Made by a program: the position numbers and the translations under genes
Notes under the pieces: model-generated
Database searches by the model: none
The model's input: only the letters and a program-made list of their open reading frames with translations
What the model was told of the DNA's origin: nothing
Source: Balanoglossus misakiensis
Lineage: Eukaryota; Animalia; Hemichordata
Assembly: GCA_040954595.2 (NCBI GenBank)
Contig: CM082581.2
Location: forward strand, 8,020,059 to 8,084,058
Direction: 5' to 3'
DNA length: 64,000 nt
Shown here: one piece after another, positions 27,501-41,091 of the stretch
Layout of the letters: every line of letters begins with the position of its first letter
How positions within the stretch are numbered: the first letter of the stretch is position 1

Positions 27501-30500
27501 GCAGCAACTGAAATCTGTCTTTGGCGTTATATAGATGTTTGAGAAAAATTCTAGCGAGATGTTTAGCGCCACGGGGCGTTGGGTCTACGCCCGGCCCGCG
27601 ACCTTTGCCCCGTGAGGTCGTGTGGATATAACCAGACGTAAATAAAAATCACTTTTGTGTGTTTATTGACATATTTCTGGCCAGTGCACGGTAGTTTACC
27701 GCCGCATGAGGTTTATCTCACCACGAAGCGTTGGCTGAATACACTGTCAGATCTTTTTTCTCCCCAGTTGACAAGTTTAGGACCACCATGTTCGACCCTG
27801 GTTTTCCCCATTCGCCGGTTTTGCTTGCACAGGGCTGTTTTGCATGTTCTACAGTAACCGTAAGCGTGGTTTGCTTGTCTGTCCGGCTTATACCCAAGGC
27901 CCGGGTTGTACAATATGAAAGGCCGACCAAAGTGGTGGCATCAATTTTATGCAAGGGTACTTACAGGTATTTCATACTACATTGAACCTTCGTTAAAACG
28001 CAAATCAAAGCTCCGTGCCTGCTTCCTATGCATCACATTGTTTGTTTGTTGTTTGTGGAGCGTTTTCCTGAAGAGAATCGAGCGAGAAACAGAGCATTTT
28101 CGAAAACGGTTGCCATCGATTTCTCGAATTAACAAGACAGTCTGACCTGACGCGGGAGAATATTATTGCATTTGATATGAGTCAGTAAGTCGGTTATTTA
28201 CGCAATTTTAGCACAGTGTAAGTGCCAAACGGCGCGTTGTGTTTTTACGACAGATTTCAAAACACAAAATAATCACGACTCCGCAGAAAATTTATGCTGC
28301 AAACATAAAATAATATCGAGTCATGTTTTAGGGTGAACGCGCCGCGGTATCAGACATTGATACTCGAGTTCGCCTGCGTTCAGGTTGGTTATGACTGGCC
28401 GGGGGTTTTGCTGCCTCAGTGATCAGTCTATTATTCCGCCACAAACCGAGAGACAGATTTATTGAAGACACTTATACGGTTGAAACCGATCTCTCGTTAC
28501 CGTAAAGAGTTCGCGACCTCTCGATATAGACTTACACTGGCACGGCGACGGTTGACTTTCGCGCGAACAAGCAAAGAAGTGTTAAATATGGTTAATAAAG
28601 TACAGTTTGATATTCATTGCGCTGGTTCTTTCTGCTTTACGAGGTTCTTTTTGTCAACATTGGATAATGGTGTTATATTAGTTCTGCTAGTTTAGATTTA
28701 TACGGCCATCAATCCTTTTCGTAATTCGCATTTTGCACTGCCTGTCAGCCATCATTTTTATTGCTGTTTTGTTTGTTTGTTTGTTTGTCTTGTTGTCTGT
28801 GTCATTTTTAATTGGCTGTTTTTGTGTCTATACCGTTGTGCTAACTACTTTTAGCTGCTCTACGGGATGTATTTTAAATCCTGATTTAAATAATAAATAA
28901 AAATAAAATAAAGTATTTATATATATATATTCCACGGTCATTTGAATCATCTGGACGTTTGCACGAAAACCTACATTTTTGTATCTCTTGGGGTTTGGAT
29001 GACGCGTGAGGGGCGTTGGAGAGAATACGGACGTGCTGGGGAGCTTGAAAGTCCGGTGATATATCTTCGTAGTCATGTGGTATCTGTATCCTGCATTTCA
29101 ACCTGAGAGCACGCATAATTTGGTGGGAAGGAAGCTATAAACGACCAGAGTTGACCCGCCATTAGTGACTGGTGTCAAAAGTTAATTCCTTCCTTCAGCT
29201 TGGAAATTATACACGTTGTAGATACAATAACTGACTCGTTCCTACGGCCGACCCTTGACCCAGCACACTCGCGCTTCTCATCTTTATCTAAGTGTACGTG
29301 GCCCGAGGGAGAAATTTTCCGAGGGAAATGTCATTTTGATAACCTCGGCGAGGAGATTTCTCCGTTGAACGTACGTGATTTTCTTGTTTCTGGCGGGTGC
29401 TACATGATTTCTGCGTCGATTAACCGAAACGCTGTGGATGCCCGGTGCGTGCGGAGAGCTAGCGGGGAGGCTGTTACTCCGCGCCGGGGAGGCGTTCCTT
29501 TCCCGATCGACAGGGGGCGCTGTGTGATCGACGGTCTCCGGAGATGATGAAAGTCGAAAGGAGAGAGAGAGCCATGTGAAATAATGGGCCGACCAGGTTT
29601 GCAGACAAAACTGTAAATCGGTTATTGGAGTATGATGAGGCCGTGAGATTTACAGCAGAACCGTCAATGAAATCGCCAGAAGGTGCATACATGTACATGT
29701 ACATTCTGTCTCACACAGTCTTGAAAACCAACAAACAACGCGACACGACAGCTTTGGTCATAGCTCTCCAGTCATCCTTTATACTCAAAAAACATCCATA
29801 AATAAATTATTCTTAAAATTTACCAATTACTCAGAAAATACAGTTATCTGTCTCAGAAAAAAACGGGAAGATGCTGATTTTAATTCGAATAACTAATAGA
29901 CAATTTTCGCCCATATCCTGCTTGTTTTATCATCAAAATATCCGGATTACAGACAAATATTGATTAAACTGAAATTGACAACGTGGAAAGGAACACCAAG
30001 GAGTACATCAATTACGGTGCGTGTCCAAGGTTGGGGGTCTGATTGAAATTATGATTAAAAGTAAAGGGATGTTACATTAGGGCAACGTGACGGGGCGAAA
30101 CGGCGGACTATTAACGCTGTACTTTTTTAAATCTCTGGGAACGTCTAAAACCGCGCAAGTGTCACTGATGACAGTCAAGAGAGAAAAAAAAATGATCACC
30201 TGAGTCGATTGTTCAAATTAATATTTTACATATTACTGGGGCGTGACAAAGTGTCTGTGCTGGGTTGCAGTCTTCAGCGCGGTTGTTGGTCATTTCAATA
30301 TTATTATTTCTGTCGTGACTTATAGGATTTCTCTCAGTCGGGTTTTGGTTTGTAGAGATGCGGCGTAAGGTTGGTTTTTATGTGAATTAAATTCAACAAA
30401 TGCGGTGGATGTTTAAACACGGTTTGAAAACAACCGCAAACTGGGTTTTCAAAAAAAGATAGATAGGACGGGAGGGTGACGAGGGAAGAGAAGTGTGTTT

Positions 30501-30721
30501 TGGCATTGTGAACGCTATTTGTGTTGTGAATGGTAATACTTAACGCACTATTCATGCGATACGCCGGGCTTTTTTTCTCCCTGCTTACATGGAAAGGCCA
30601 TTGAGATTTGCTGAAACGTACACACGGTAATTGAGCAGTTCCGTCCCTATTCTGGTGTACAACTGAACGGCTTTATGGCCACTGTTTCGAAATGCCAACA
30701 ATTTGGGGTGTTTAGCCGGCG

Positions 30722-30734
30722 CTGGCCAATCAGA
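30722..30734 (+). promoter_or_regulatory. Candidate NF-Y CCAAT box upstream of NK3
   Basis: CTGGCCAATCAGA fits the NF-Y consensus, about 400 bp upstream of the ATG. Confidence 0.3.
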
Positions 30735-31125
30735 GCGGAGCGATTAGACACGCGGTGTTTATCGCGAATAGTGAATGATCGCCCATGCTCTTCAGCGGCC
30801 TGTCAATCTGCCAATACTATGTCAATTTGTACATTGCTTATCGACGCTGAATAGTACACATTGTTGAAATCTATTACCACCCCCCTGCGTGCATCATGAA
30901 ACTTACATAGTGTACATTTCTTGGAGTTCATCATTTCGACGTGCACGAGCGTTCAACGAAGGAACGGGCTACAAAAATTTTTGCTGTTGTTTCTGCCTGG
31001 TTAGAACTTCGTGCTACGTTAAACTCGTGTGGTCATACACACTTTGCGGGTAACGTTTGCGTGCTCACCGAGTTTTTTTTAAGTGTCACATTTTGCGCGC
31101 ATCAGTTCCGGCGACCGGCGCAAAG

Positions 31126-31546
31126 ATGATGCACTCCTCGCAAACTTCTCTGACACCGTTCTCGATCAAAGACATACTGACGAGGGGGGTGTCGACGACC
31201 GCGGACGTGTGCTCTCAGACCCAGCAGCAGCAGCAGCAACTCCAGCGTCCCCGCCACCACCACCACCACAACCACCACCACAACAGCAACCAGCAGCGAC
31301 AGTTATCACCGCCGTCACCGTCCAGCCCAGCGTGGAGCGCGGAGACATGTCAACTCGAAGAGGTGACCGGACAGCGGGTAACGACGCCGCCGCCGCCCGC
31401 TACACGTGGCCTGACACTGCCGGGGAGCCCCATGTCCGACAGCGGGGATTCAGACGACAGCTCCCGGGAAGGCGAACTCGAAGAGGTCAACGATCCAACG
31501 CTGCAGCTCGACGGAAAACTCGAGGATAATTCAAACCCTCTCGAAG
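31126..31546 (+). CDS. NK3: NK3 (bagpipe/Nkx3-2) homeobox gene, coding exon 1
   Basis: ATG at 31126 (AAGATGATG); TN/eh1 motif TPFSIKDIL; poly-Q/H/P and acidic tracts; donor AAG|GTAGGC at 31547, phase 1. Confidence 0.92.
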
Positions 31547-31776
31547 GTAGGCTGGAACTATAGTCTTCGGCATTTTTCGTCACCAGCTCAAAAGCTGACA
31601 GATATTAGCGATGGACATACTTCCCGCGAGGCACGTTTTTAAGATCTGGTTTTCTACCGGTCTTTATGTCCGTCTTGATTTCGTGCTAACAGCACGTTTT
31701 CGGGATACCGTAAATCTAAAATGCGTCCAGTCGGGGTCATATAATAATATATATTTTATTCCATTTTCCCATACAG
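31547..31776 (+). other. NK3 intron (230 bp, phase 1)
   Basis: GT donor at 31547; pyrimidine tract and ATACAG acceptor ending 31776; G+AA (Glu) joins in frame. Confidence 0.87.
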
Positions 31777-32270
31777 AAAACCACCAAAGTACCACCCAGA
31801 AGCAGGAAGACCAACAACAACAACAGCCGACATCGTCGTCGTCGTCGTCGTCATCGTCCAAACAGCGCAAGAAGCGCTCGCGGGCCGCGTTCTCCCACGC
31901 CCAGGTCTTCGAACTGGAAAGGCGCTTCAACCACCAACGTTACCTGTCGGGCCCCGAGCGAGCCGACCTCGCGGCTGCCTTGAAACTCACGGAACAGCAG
32001 GTGAAAATTTGGTTTCAGAACCGCCGCTACAAGACGAAAAGGCGACAGCTGCAGGCGGCCGCGGAACTTTCCTCGCCACTCGCGGCCAAAAAGGTGGCGG
32101 TCAAAGTCCTGGTAAGGGACGACAAGAGACAATACACAGCGGACGACATGTTCCGGCCGCCGTTCGCTTACAACATGATGTTGCCGGCAGCGTACAGCCT
32201 CCACTTCCCGCCCAGGCCCTACCCTGCACCGTTCTACAGCAGCATGCTATGCGTGGAAGGAAAATATTGA
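31777..32270 (+). CDS. NK3: NK3 coding exon 2: homeodomain (31869-32048), [12 protein letters not shown] motif, Tyr/Pro-rich tail; spliced protein about 304 aa
   Basis: Homeodomain [60 protein letters not shown] is nearly the Nkx3-2/Bapx1 sequence; downstream [14 protein letters not shown] is typical of NK3; TGA at 32268-32270. Confidence 0.97.
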
Positions 32271-35200
32271 AACCAGAAACTCCAGAAAAAATAATAAAAC
32301 ACAAACTGATCTCTGAAACCCAAACACTCTTAATTTAATTAGACCATCGCTGTTGGAGTCTCCTTTCTGTGTATATGTTGTGTGATCTATGGGTGGTCAC
32401 AAAAAAACTCAACCCGTGCTCGAAGTTCTCACTTTGATGTTATCGTTAAAATCTTACGTGACCGGTACATGGTGTGTATATATATATTGTACTGACAAGA
32501 ACTCTACAACTTGCTGCGATGTCCTCTACACAGCTGTAAGCTTAGACGAACATTGTACTGGAACTTGTCAAACAACTTTCCCAATGGACAATGTGAAACA
32601 AAAAAATCGCGAAAAATGTCATTGGCCTTAATTCATGCATATCGTTCGTCACGTCACGTAACGTGTAAGTGCTGTAGTGGGACTGCTACTTTGTGTGTTG
32701 GAAGCTCACCTCAGTTGTTACTACCCGGAAGGTAAATATATTCTTTTCGTATGAAAAAACAAAATCTGGAATTTGAAGCCAGCAATTAGAGACTTTTGCC
32801 AATTTTTAAGAATTGGTTTGAAAGATTTAACTTAAAACTGTTCTGGGTCGGTCGTTTTACCTCTTTCCAAGCCAGGCCAGGCAAGGACAATTGTGGGGAC
32901 GTGTTCTCCAAGACTGGCATTGAGGGTACAGAGAGAAAGCGCGACGCACATTTTCTCAACCAACCACCGGTATTCCTTCTTGTGTGTTATGTCCATTTTC
33001 TCAGATTATGTATGTTTCAAGATTAAAGTTTAACGGATTACAGGTTTATTGGAAATCCTCTGTATTCTTTCGCCTCGGTTGTCTGAGTTTATCCAGCGAC
33101 GGTTAGTGGCTTTGGAATTGACAGGAATTTAATCTGGCTTATTTGAGCTTCCCCCATAGCTGTTTGCCTATTTCTTGTATAAAGTTGCGTATTTAATTAT
33201 ACACTTAGCCATTGGTTCTAAACACCTCCCGCCGGGTAATCGGTTAATTTATCTCGCCGTATCCAGATCAGTTTTACGATAAATATGTATAACTGCGGCG
33301 TTTAACTGTCTCGCTAATGAGTTGGGCAAACATAACGTGACATTTGAACACCAAGAACCTTGAAAATATATTCCCGGATACATTTCATGTCAATTTCTGC
33401 TTCTATACCACTCAGTCGTTTAAATTCGTCACAATTATGTTTTTCCTTTGCAAATTACACATCCATCAGAGTACTGCTCTGGTCTAGTGATAGACTGTTT
33501 TAATACAAAAACAACAATGAGAACTGCGTCCTATTAGCCAACTTGACAGACAACGTCATTTCGATTACAGAAAAAGCAAGGAAATATATTTCAAGCAAGT
33601 GAAATATAAGCAGACGGACATTTTGTGATCATTTTCTTTGGTACGTTTTTAAAAAGTGTAACGGTAAATTCGACTGTGTTAAATACCAAAATACTGAACA
33701 CTCAATTCCCAAGTAGAAATCGAAGAACAAGAAAAGCAGTATTTCAAATGCGGCGTTAGCTCGCTATACGACGAGCGCTTCGCTTCGGGAATAAAACGAT
33801 ATTGCTATCTTACTCAGAATCAGTCCCGGTTTGAAAGTAATATTTCCTGCGAAGCCACAAAGAAATCTTTCTTACAGGGTTGTTTGTTCCTATTGTTAAC
33901 CGTTTTTAGCTACGAGGGGAAAAGGGGAGATAGCCGGGGGAAAAAAACCAGAAGTGTAACTCTGTCGAGAAAATTAAATTAGACTCCTTAATCCGCTGAA
34001 CGAGGTACGCGGACTAGCACATACAGTTTTCAATAGCCAACTTAAGTCTGATTTGCCGTGTGTACAAAGCACTACAACTTGCTGGCTCCGGATTCCTTTG
34101 TTGGCGCAGGAAAATAACATTAGCGTAGTGCCGTGTGTACATTAGCGTCTTTAATAAGGGATTCGGTGCTAATATTGTGGGCATATGCCGGCATCAAAGC
34201 CCGGCACAACAATGAATCGAAAACGATGCTGGTGCGTGTATTAATTTTCAATACGACTTTCTTTCTACTTTTGTTTCCTTCTTTTCCCGGGGCTTGCACG
34301 CCAGTGTTCGGTACTGAACCTATCCTCGGGTATGTTTCGGGAGTTTTAACAAGTATATATATATATTTGATTACATGTTCGAACCTATACCTTTCGGATC
34401 ACGGGGGTGATACATTGGCGCCAGCGGCCATCTCCCCATGGATGGGTTAATTGCGACGCGTTTCTTTTTTCTGCTCGGCACTGGATGGAATATTGGATTT
34501 GCCCGAGTTTCTGGCGTTCTTCCCGCAGATCGGAAAGATGGGGGGGCTCGTTCCAAATTGATGACGAACACGTCGCGAGTCACTGTCAGAACGAATGTTG
34601 TCAAACGGCCGGTGAGGGAATATTAGGCGGGGGGAGACAAAAACGGGAAGTGCTTTGCAGCGAATCGGTGCCTATCGGTATAGGTTTGGACTCGAAGAAG
34701 GCAAGGGATCGTCGGTAAAAAAAAATGGTCGCCCTAGCGCGGGAGTTCTAATGACTAGATGTACTTTTGAAATTGATAAACCGCTTTTAAGGCATCGATG
34801 TGGACAGGCTTTTAGTAATCGCTTAACCATCTTTGTCTGGAGGCGTCCAAGTGAAATGTCGGAAGCAAATGAGAGCGGAGAACGACAAACCAACAGACCG
34901 CCGCCGCTGCTGGATTGTGAGTCCGACAAAATTATTCTTTATGTCGCTAAATTCGTTATTAATAACGCTTCAATGGGTTATTCGATGTCGATTAAAAACC
35001 CGCTGCGGTTTGGGAACGCCGCGCCCGCTGAGATCGCCTCCTAATATCTGCAACTCTCCAATGTCTGAGTTTTTGTGTACAATTTCACTTTTCGCACATT
35101 ACCGCCGTACTTATGACGTCACTAGGAGGCAAAACGCCGCAAGTCCGAACTAAAGCCGGTTTGTAAATCAGGCACTGTTCACATCAAACACGTATTTTTT

Positions 35201-38200
35201 GCAAATTAAATCTACCAAGTTTATTGTAAAAGTTGTATAAATATTGTTGTATTTCACTGGAGGAAATATTTTCGCGGTTTCATCTGAAAAATACTCCGAG
35301 CTATAATTTTATCTACATTAGCGTCGGGGACACAGCTGTGATCGCAAACAAGTATTCGAACAGGCATTGTTAAAGGCCGAGACATTTTGAAAATGCTCCG
35401 TCTCAAAAACAAGATACTTAGAAACGCAAAGCGAAACCAGTAATATCCAATTTTAGCGCTCGTAATACTGCAGCCAATCTCCGGCTTGCAAACATATCTA
35501 CTGAAACATTTTTCCCGTGATTTACCTTTCAGTGAAGTCGCAAACATAATATGTTCGAAATCAGTGCCCCCTCCCCCCGTTTTACACTCATAACCTTAAC
35601 GCATTGGCCAATGAAGAATCACAACTTCCTACGCGATTATTACTTTTAATTTGTATTTTGCAAATTGGAGTTTGGATAAAATATGATAACGCTAATGTCT
35701 GTCAATGAGACCCGCAAAGGTTGCATTAGCGGCGCGTTTGCTCTTTTTTAGAGGTTGGTATGCGCGTGATCGATTCGAGGGAGAACCGAGTGCTTTTCAC
35801 GTCAAGCAGAGTAGGACTTTCGGGTAGCCTTTTATACGGAAGGGAGTCATCGCTTCGATACTTGCCGTCTTGGCGTACAAAAAGACCGAGTTGAGTTCCA
35901 GGAGGGAAATCTGTTTGCAATCGACGGCCGGAGAGTGGAGAGAGAGAGAGAAAGAAATGTCCATGTGTCTGAGTTCAAGCGTGAGAGTGTGTCATTTCTG
36001 GCCCTCAAAGGATCACTTGAGAAGTGAGATAGCGGAGTTATTTGCACGAAGTGGCGATAAAATATGCGAAGTGATGCGCTGAAATGAGGCGTGACAGCCC
36101 AATTAAAATATACAAAGTTAAATGACATTGGTTTTGACAGTGGTAAGTGCGCGTGTGTGGTCACCTGCGCGTGGAAAGTAACAGAATCCCACGAGAAACA
36201 AACATTAGGGCATAATTGCTGTTTATTTCAGATGTGATTATAAACACATCATGCTGTTACGAAGGTACATGTACTACGAATGCACAGAATTTAAATATCA
36301 GTGGTGGATGAACAATAAGGGTGTACGTCATTAACATAGCGTTAGCTGTGGTAGCCGTACACCTGGGTATTTTGAATATTACGTAAGGTTTTTTTATTTT
36401 TGACTCTCTGCAACGGCAGTCAAGTGGCGTGAGCCGACCAGAAAACAGACAAGTTGTACTCGGCCATGAGCGACGGGGACTGGAATCTTGTAATCCACGT
36501 GGGAGCTCGGTGTTGAAGTTCAGCACGTCGGTATGTCCTGTTGGTTTGAATTCAGCGTTGCTCTCGGACTTAAAATGCATGTCTACGCCAGCAACTGTAA
36601 GTGAAGTGAACCTGTTACTTTCTTCTGAGACGACTTCAGGAAAGAACTGTGTGAGAAAGCAGCACGCCAGCGTGAACCATCGTCGGGTCGGTGCGGAGAA
36701 CTCACGGAACACTGAATTATCGTGTCCGCTCACCACGTGTGTAAATTAATATTACCGCGGAACTGATACAAGTTTCTTGAGGACATTACAATATTTCAGA
36801 AAGAACCCTAGTAACATTTAAGTTTCAGTGCTTGTACTGTGATATTAATTTTCTTCCTGTGACAAATAGATTCGCCGTGAAACATGTAACTTTTGGTGTA
36901 CTGTGTATCATTGTTGTTGCTGTCTGGGTGTTTGTGTTGCGAGTTTTTGGTTTGTAACAATGCCCCGTTTTCTTTTCTTTTTCTACCAGCGACTGCATAA
37001 ACCATTTCAATCGACGGAGAAATAAACGCCTGCACTATATATGCCTCCACACAAGCCAACCGTACCGTACCTCCACCCAAGGACAACAATTAAAGTTAAG
37101 ATCTTGTCATGACATCACAGCAAATTACTCAATTCCCCAAATTAACTTGACGTGATTTAACCTCAATTTATCGGTTTGTAATCGGGTTTACTTTACACCT
37201 TGACACGAGCTTATCGGGTCATATTTTAGTAATTCGCTTTCTATATGCATGCGATATGACACTTGAAGAAACGAGTGGCTCATACAAACCGCTGTCATTG
37301 TAACGGCGTTATAAAGAAATCATTTCTGAACGACGGGCACGTCTGGCGCTGTTTGATTGTTTGTTGTTTATGCTCACTATGACAGAGACCGGGATTCAGA
37401 AACTCGACTATTGAGAATACATGATGCAACTACAACCGTCAGTCCATATGCAAATGGTAAGAAATTTGTAGTGTTCTTACAGTCATATACATATTTTCCA
37501 GGAAAATTTAAAAATATAAATTTCACAATAGTCATTACAGTTTCACTTGAGACGTATTTTATACATTTACAAAAGTAATAAGAAGTTTCTGATAACTAGA
37601 CATTAGGGTTTCTCTTTTCTCTGACTGAGTATGCGCCTACTTAAACAGCTTCAGTCACTCCTCGGCGAGGCGAGTGTATTGGAGCGGGGCGAGATTGTTC
37701 TTTGGAAAATAGTGTAATGTTGATGGCTGTATGGATTCCAGTTTGCGTTGAAGTATTTGATTAGCGCGAGTCGTTGAGTTGACCCCGGTTCCGCCAAAGT
37801 GCTCTCGTAAGCTGTTTCGCCGTGCTGTTGAAATAAACAACAAGCGCGTCTAACAATCACGGTCGAATATTTCTCATTTCAATTTGTGCATTTCCCAGGT
37901 TTAATAGTGTATGTCGATAGCGGTAATTGCCCGCCCCATTACTTTTAAGCGCTGGCCTGCCTACTAAGAGATATGCGCCGTTATTGCGTGATCGTGTCAT
38001 TTCGCCCGCAATGCGCTTCTGTGGAGCGGCTTGGGCCAATCGTCAGAGAGCCATCGTCGACACTTATTCGCCCCAGATGTGGGAGTAGGACCATTTCGCG
38101 TCAGATGGTTGATATCTGCAGCGATTTTCGGCGCGGGGAAGAATGCTTCCTCGTCCGACTTTGATTGAGCGATTGCGATACAAGTGGCCGCGAACGATGA

Positions 38201-40914
38201 TAGACACGGAACTCCTTAGCAGTTAAGTTGCACATAGGCGCACAACAAGTCCATAAACAACAAAGCATAACAAACAAAACACCAAGGGGGTACCCCGGGC
38301 TAAAAGCCCATGCCCACCAACGGTTTCCGTTCCGCATGCGGAACAAGTTCACACTTTCAACAGCGGCCAATAACGCGAGGCGTGATGAGACGTCCCGCGA
38401 AATGGTGCGAGCTGACAAAGAACTCACGCAGCGACATTAGCCCGCTACCCACTGCGCTATTCGCGAGAGGTGTGAAATGTTTTGTTTTCATAACGCCTGT
38501 ATCTGAGTCTATTACCGCATGTGGTGAGATCAGGCAGGCGGTCTTTTTTTGCTGACTGTTGTGATTGGGATAGGGGCCACGCTCGCTGTGTCCCTGCCTC
38601 ATAGAGAGTGGACTCGCCACGTTATAGCCATGGAAATCTCTCCAGAGAGGCATCTAACTGTGGACATGTCTATATTTTTGAAATGGTACTTACCAAAACA
38701 CTTTTCCCGGCGTACTTTCGAAGAAATATAAAATTTAAAATTTTATTGTCGTGTTTACTTGATATCAATCAATTTGTTTGATAAAAAAAGAAGAGTAAAA
38801 CTTTTAGAGCCGTCGCCCTCACTGGAACACTCATCCCGAGAAAGTTAAAAAAAGAGCGACTTTGTCCCTTTAAAAACCTCACCCACCAGCTAGGCGACTA
38901 TTGTGCCTGTCTTAGTACGTTCGACGACCAATAGACACACAATTTCTAATATGGGCATTTATCACCGAGACCATGAGATTATTCTGTGACCTATATATCC
39001 ACAAATACACCCGACAATATTTACCAAAACCCCGATTCTGTTTGTCCGTGCACTCGGAAAGCCAAGAATCCCCCATTCAAAGAACCCGATCCTATCAACC
39101 GGTACAGCACCGACTGAAAACGACAAACCATTAGCAAAATAGGTACAAGCTTAACGTCGAATAAAAAGCATTTTCCGTCTACTTCATCATAATCTTATAA
39201 ATTAGTTAGATTAATAAACTTATATTTCAGAATTTTGAATGACGGGAATTATTTTTATTAAAGACCGTGCTTAGCGATAAGAAGATCGTATTTTCCCGAG
39301 CGTGTCACGCCTAATACAACCTGCGTAATCCCCCCGAACGCTCTTAGTTGAATTTCGCGTCAATGGACGTTCTTGCATTAATTTCACTCAAAAACGGACG
39401 CGATTTTAAGGACACGTTGGATACGGTGGATCTGGGTGTAATCGGCAACTGTATTTCTGACAATCAGAGCTGGTAATTTGTTTGATAAGATTTTTATGGC
39501 GATATAGGCTCCCAAACGCCATTGTCAATGTAAAAACCACAACAATGTGTGAATAGCGAATGGCCTAACACACGGCGAGGATACTAGAAGCATTGTTCAG
39601 CAAATTTGCTTGAAACAAGCTTCAATACACATCAAAGAGAAATTTACTTTTTTCGTTTTTTTTTACCAGGGAACGGGTTGAATTTTGCATTGACGTCGCA
39701 AAAGAATACTATAAGTCCGTGCTTTGTTCGAATCTCTTTCCCCGAGTGATTTTGGCGACAATCACTGAATACGATGCCGACGCAGTGGTCAACCCGAACA
39801 CTGTGTGTGTGTTCTTTTGTCTTTCCTCCACTTGTCCACTCTATTACATGTCAAATGTTACAGAGACTCCCACCCTACCCCTGGAAGGTCAGAAGTCATA
39901 ACCGTGTTGGTTGAGTTCAGTGGGCGGGTCCAAATGTAACCAGGGCACCTTAAATGATGCAATGCACGAACTCCAATTGTTCGCCGTCACTACGGGGATC
40001 GAAACTGCTGACATATTTTGCTGTGACATCATCCACTGTTGCGGCGTACATATTTTAATGTCAACTGGAACTGCCTGTGCCTGTCCCAGAGTCGTTATCA
40101 CCATTGACATCTTGTTCCATAAACTTTTTCACGGGAAAGATGAGGCGGTGAGGACTCAATAGACAATTCTTTCTCTTCCCCCAAAAATTCAGCCGACAGA
40201 CTGGAAGTTGCTGGTCCTGTGGGCACCATTAGAAAACCATTACGGCCAAGTGGATCATCATTTCGCTCTTACATCTAAATTGCCGTATCTTAAACCCATT
40301 ACGGCAGTTTTCCCGGGTGGTTCCACGATGGGAAGACACTTAATGCGTTTTCCTTGGAATTTTCTTAATCGCTTTAGTGTTTATCACCATTACTGTCGAT
40401 ATCGAGCGGAACCGGCGGATCTGAGGTGCCAATCACCGGTGACAGCTTCCTCCCGATATGGCGCCTGGCCCATCAGCCTGCGAACGAGCCTGATTTCATC
40501 ATTTGCCGCTTATTATTGTAACGGGAGAGAAAGGCAATGCTGATAATTTCGCCAAAAAATCGCAAAAATCAACAGCTGGTAAAAAACAGAACTTTAAACT
40601 CATATGAAAGACATTATATGTTCATGATCATGAAATAGTTGTAAACTTTAAAATCATGTCAAATGCGAGAGACGGGCAAGGACTACGGCGATGCTGTGGT
40701 CCTTAGGGAACCCCGATATACATATATTTGTAGTTAGTATACATACATACAAGTCAACCGCCCTTCAAGCGATTACACCAGTTGCCATGTACTCCTGACT
40801 GGCCTTCAAATTATCAAGGGATTAATTAACATCACTATAAAAGCTTCAGACAAAATTGTTCTGAATAAGCCAGAGCGCGGGCAGCACAAACACCCGACTA
40901 CAGGCTGTATAATA

Positions 40915-41091
<177 letters not shown>

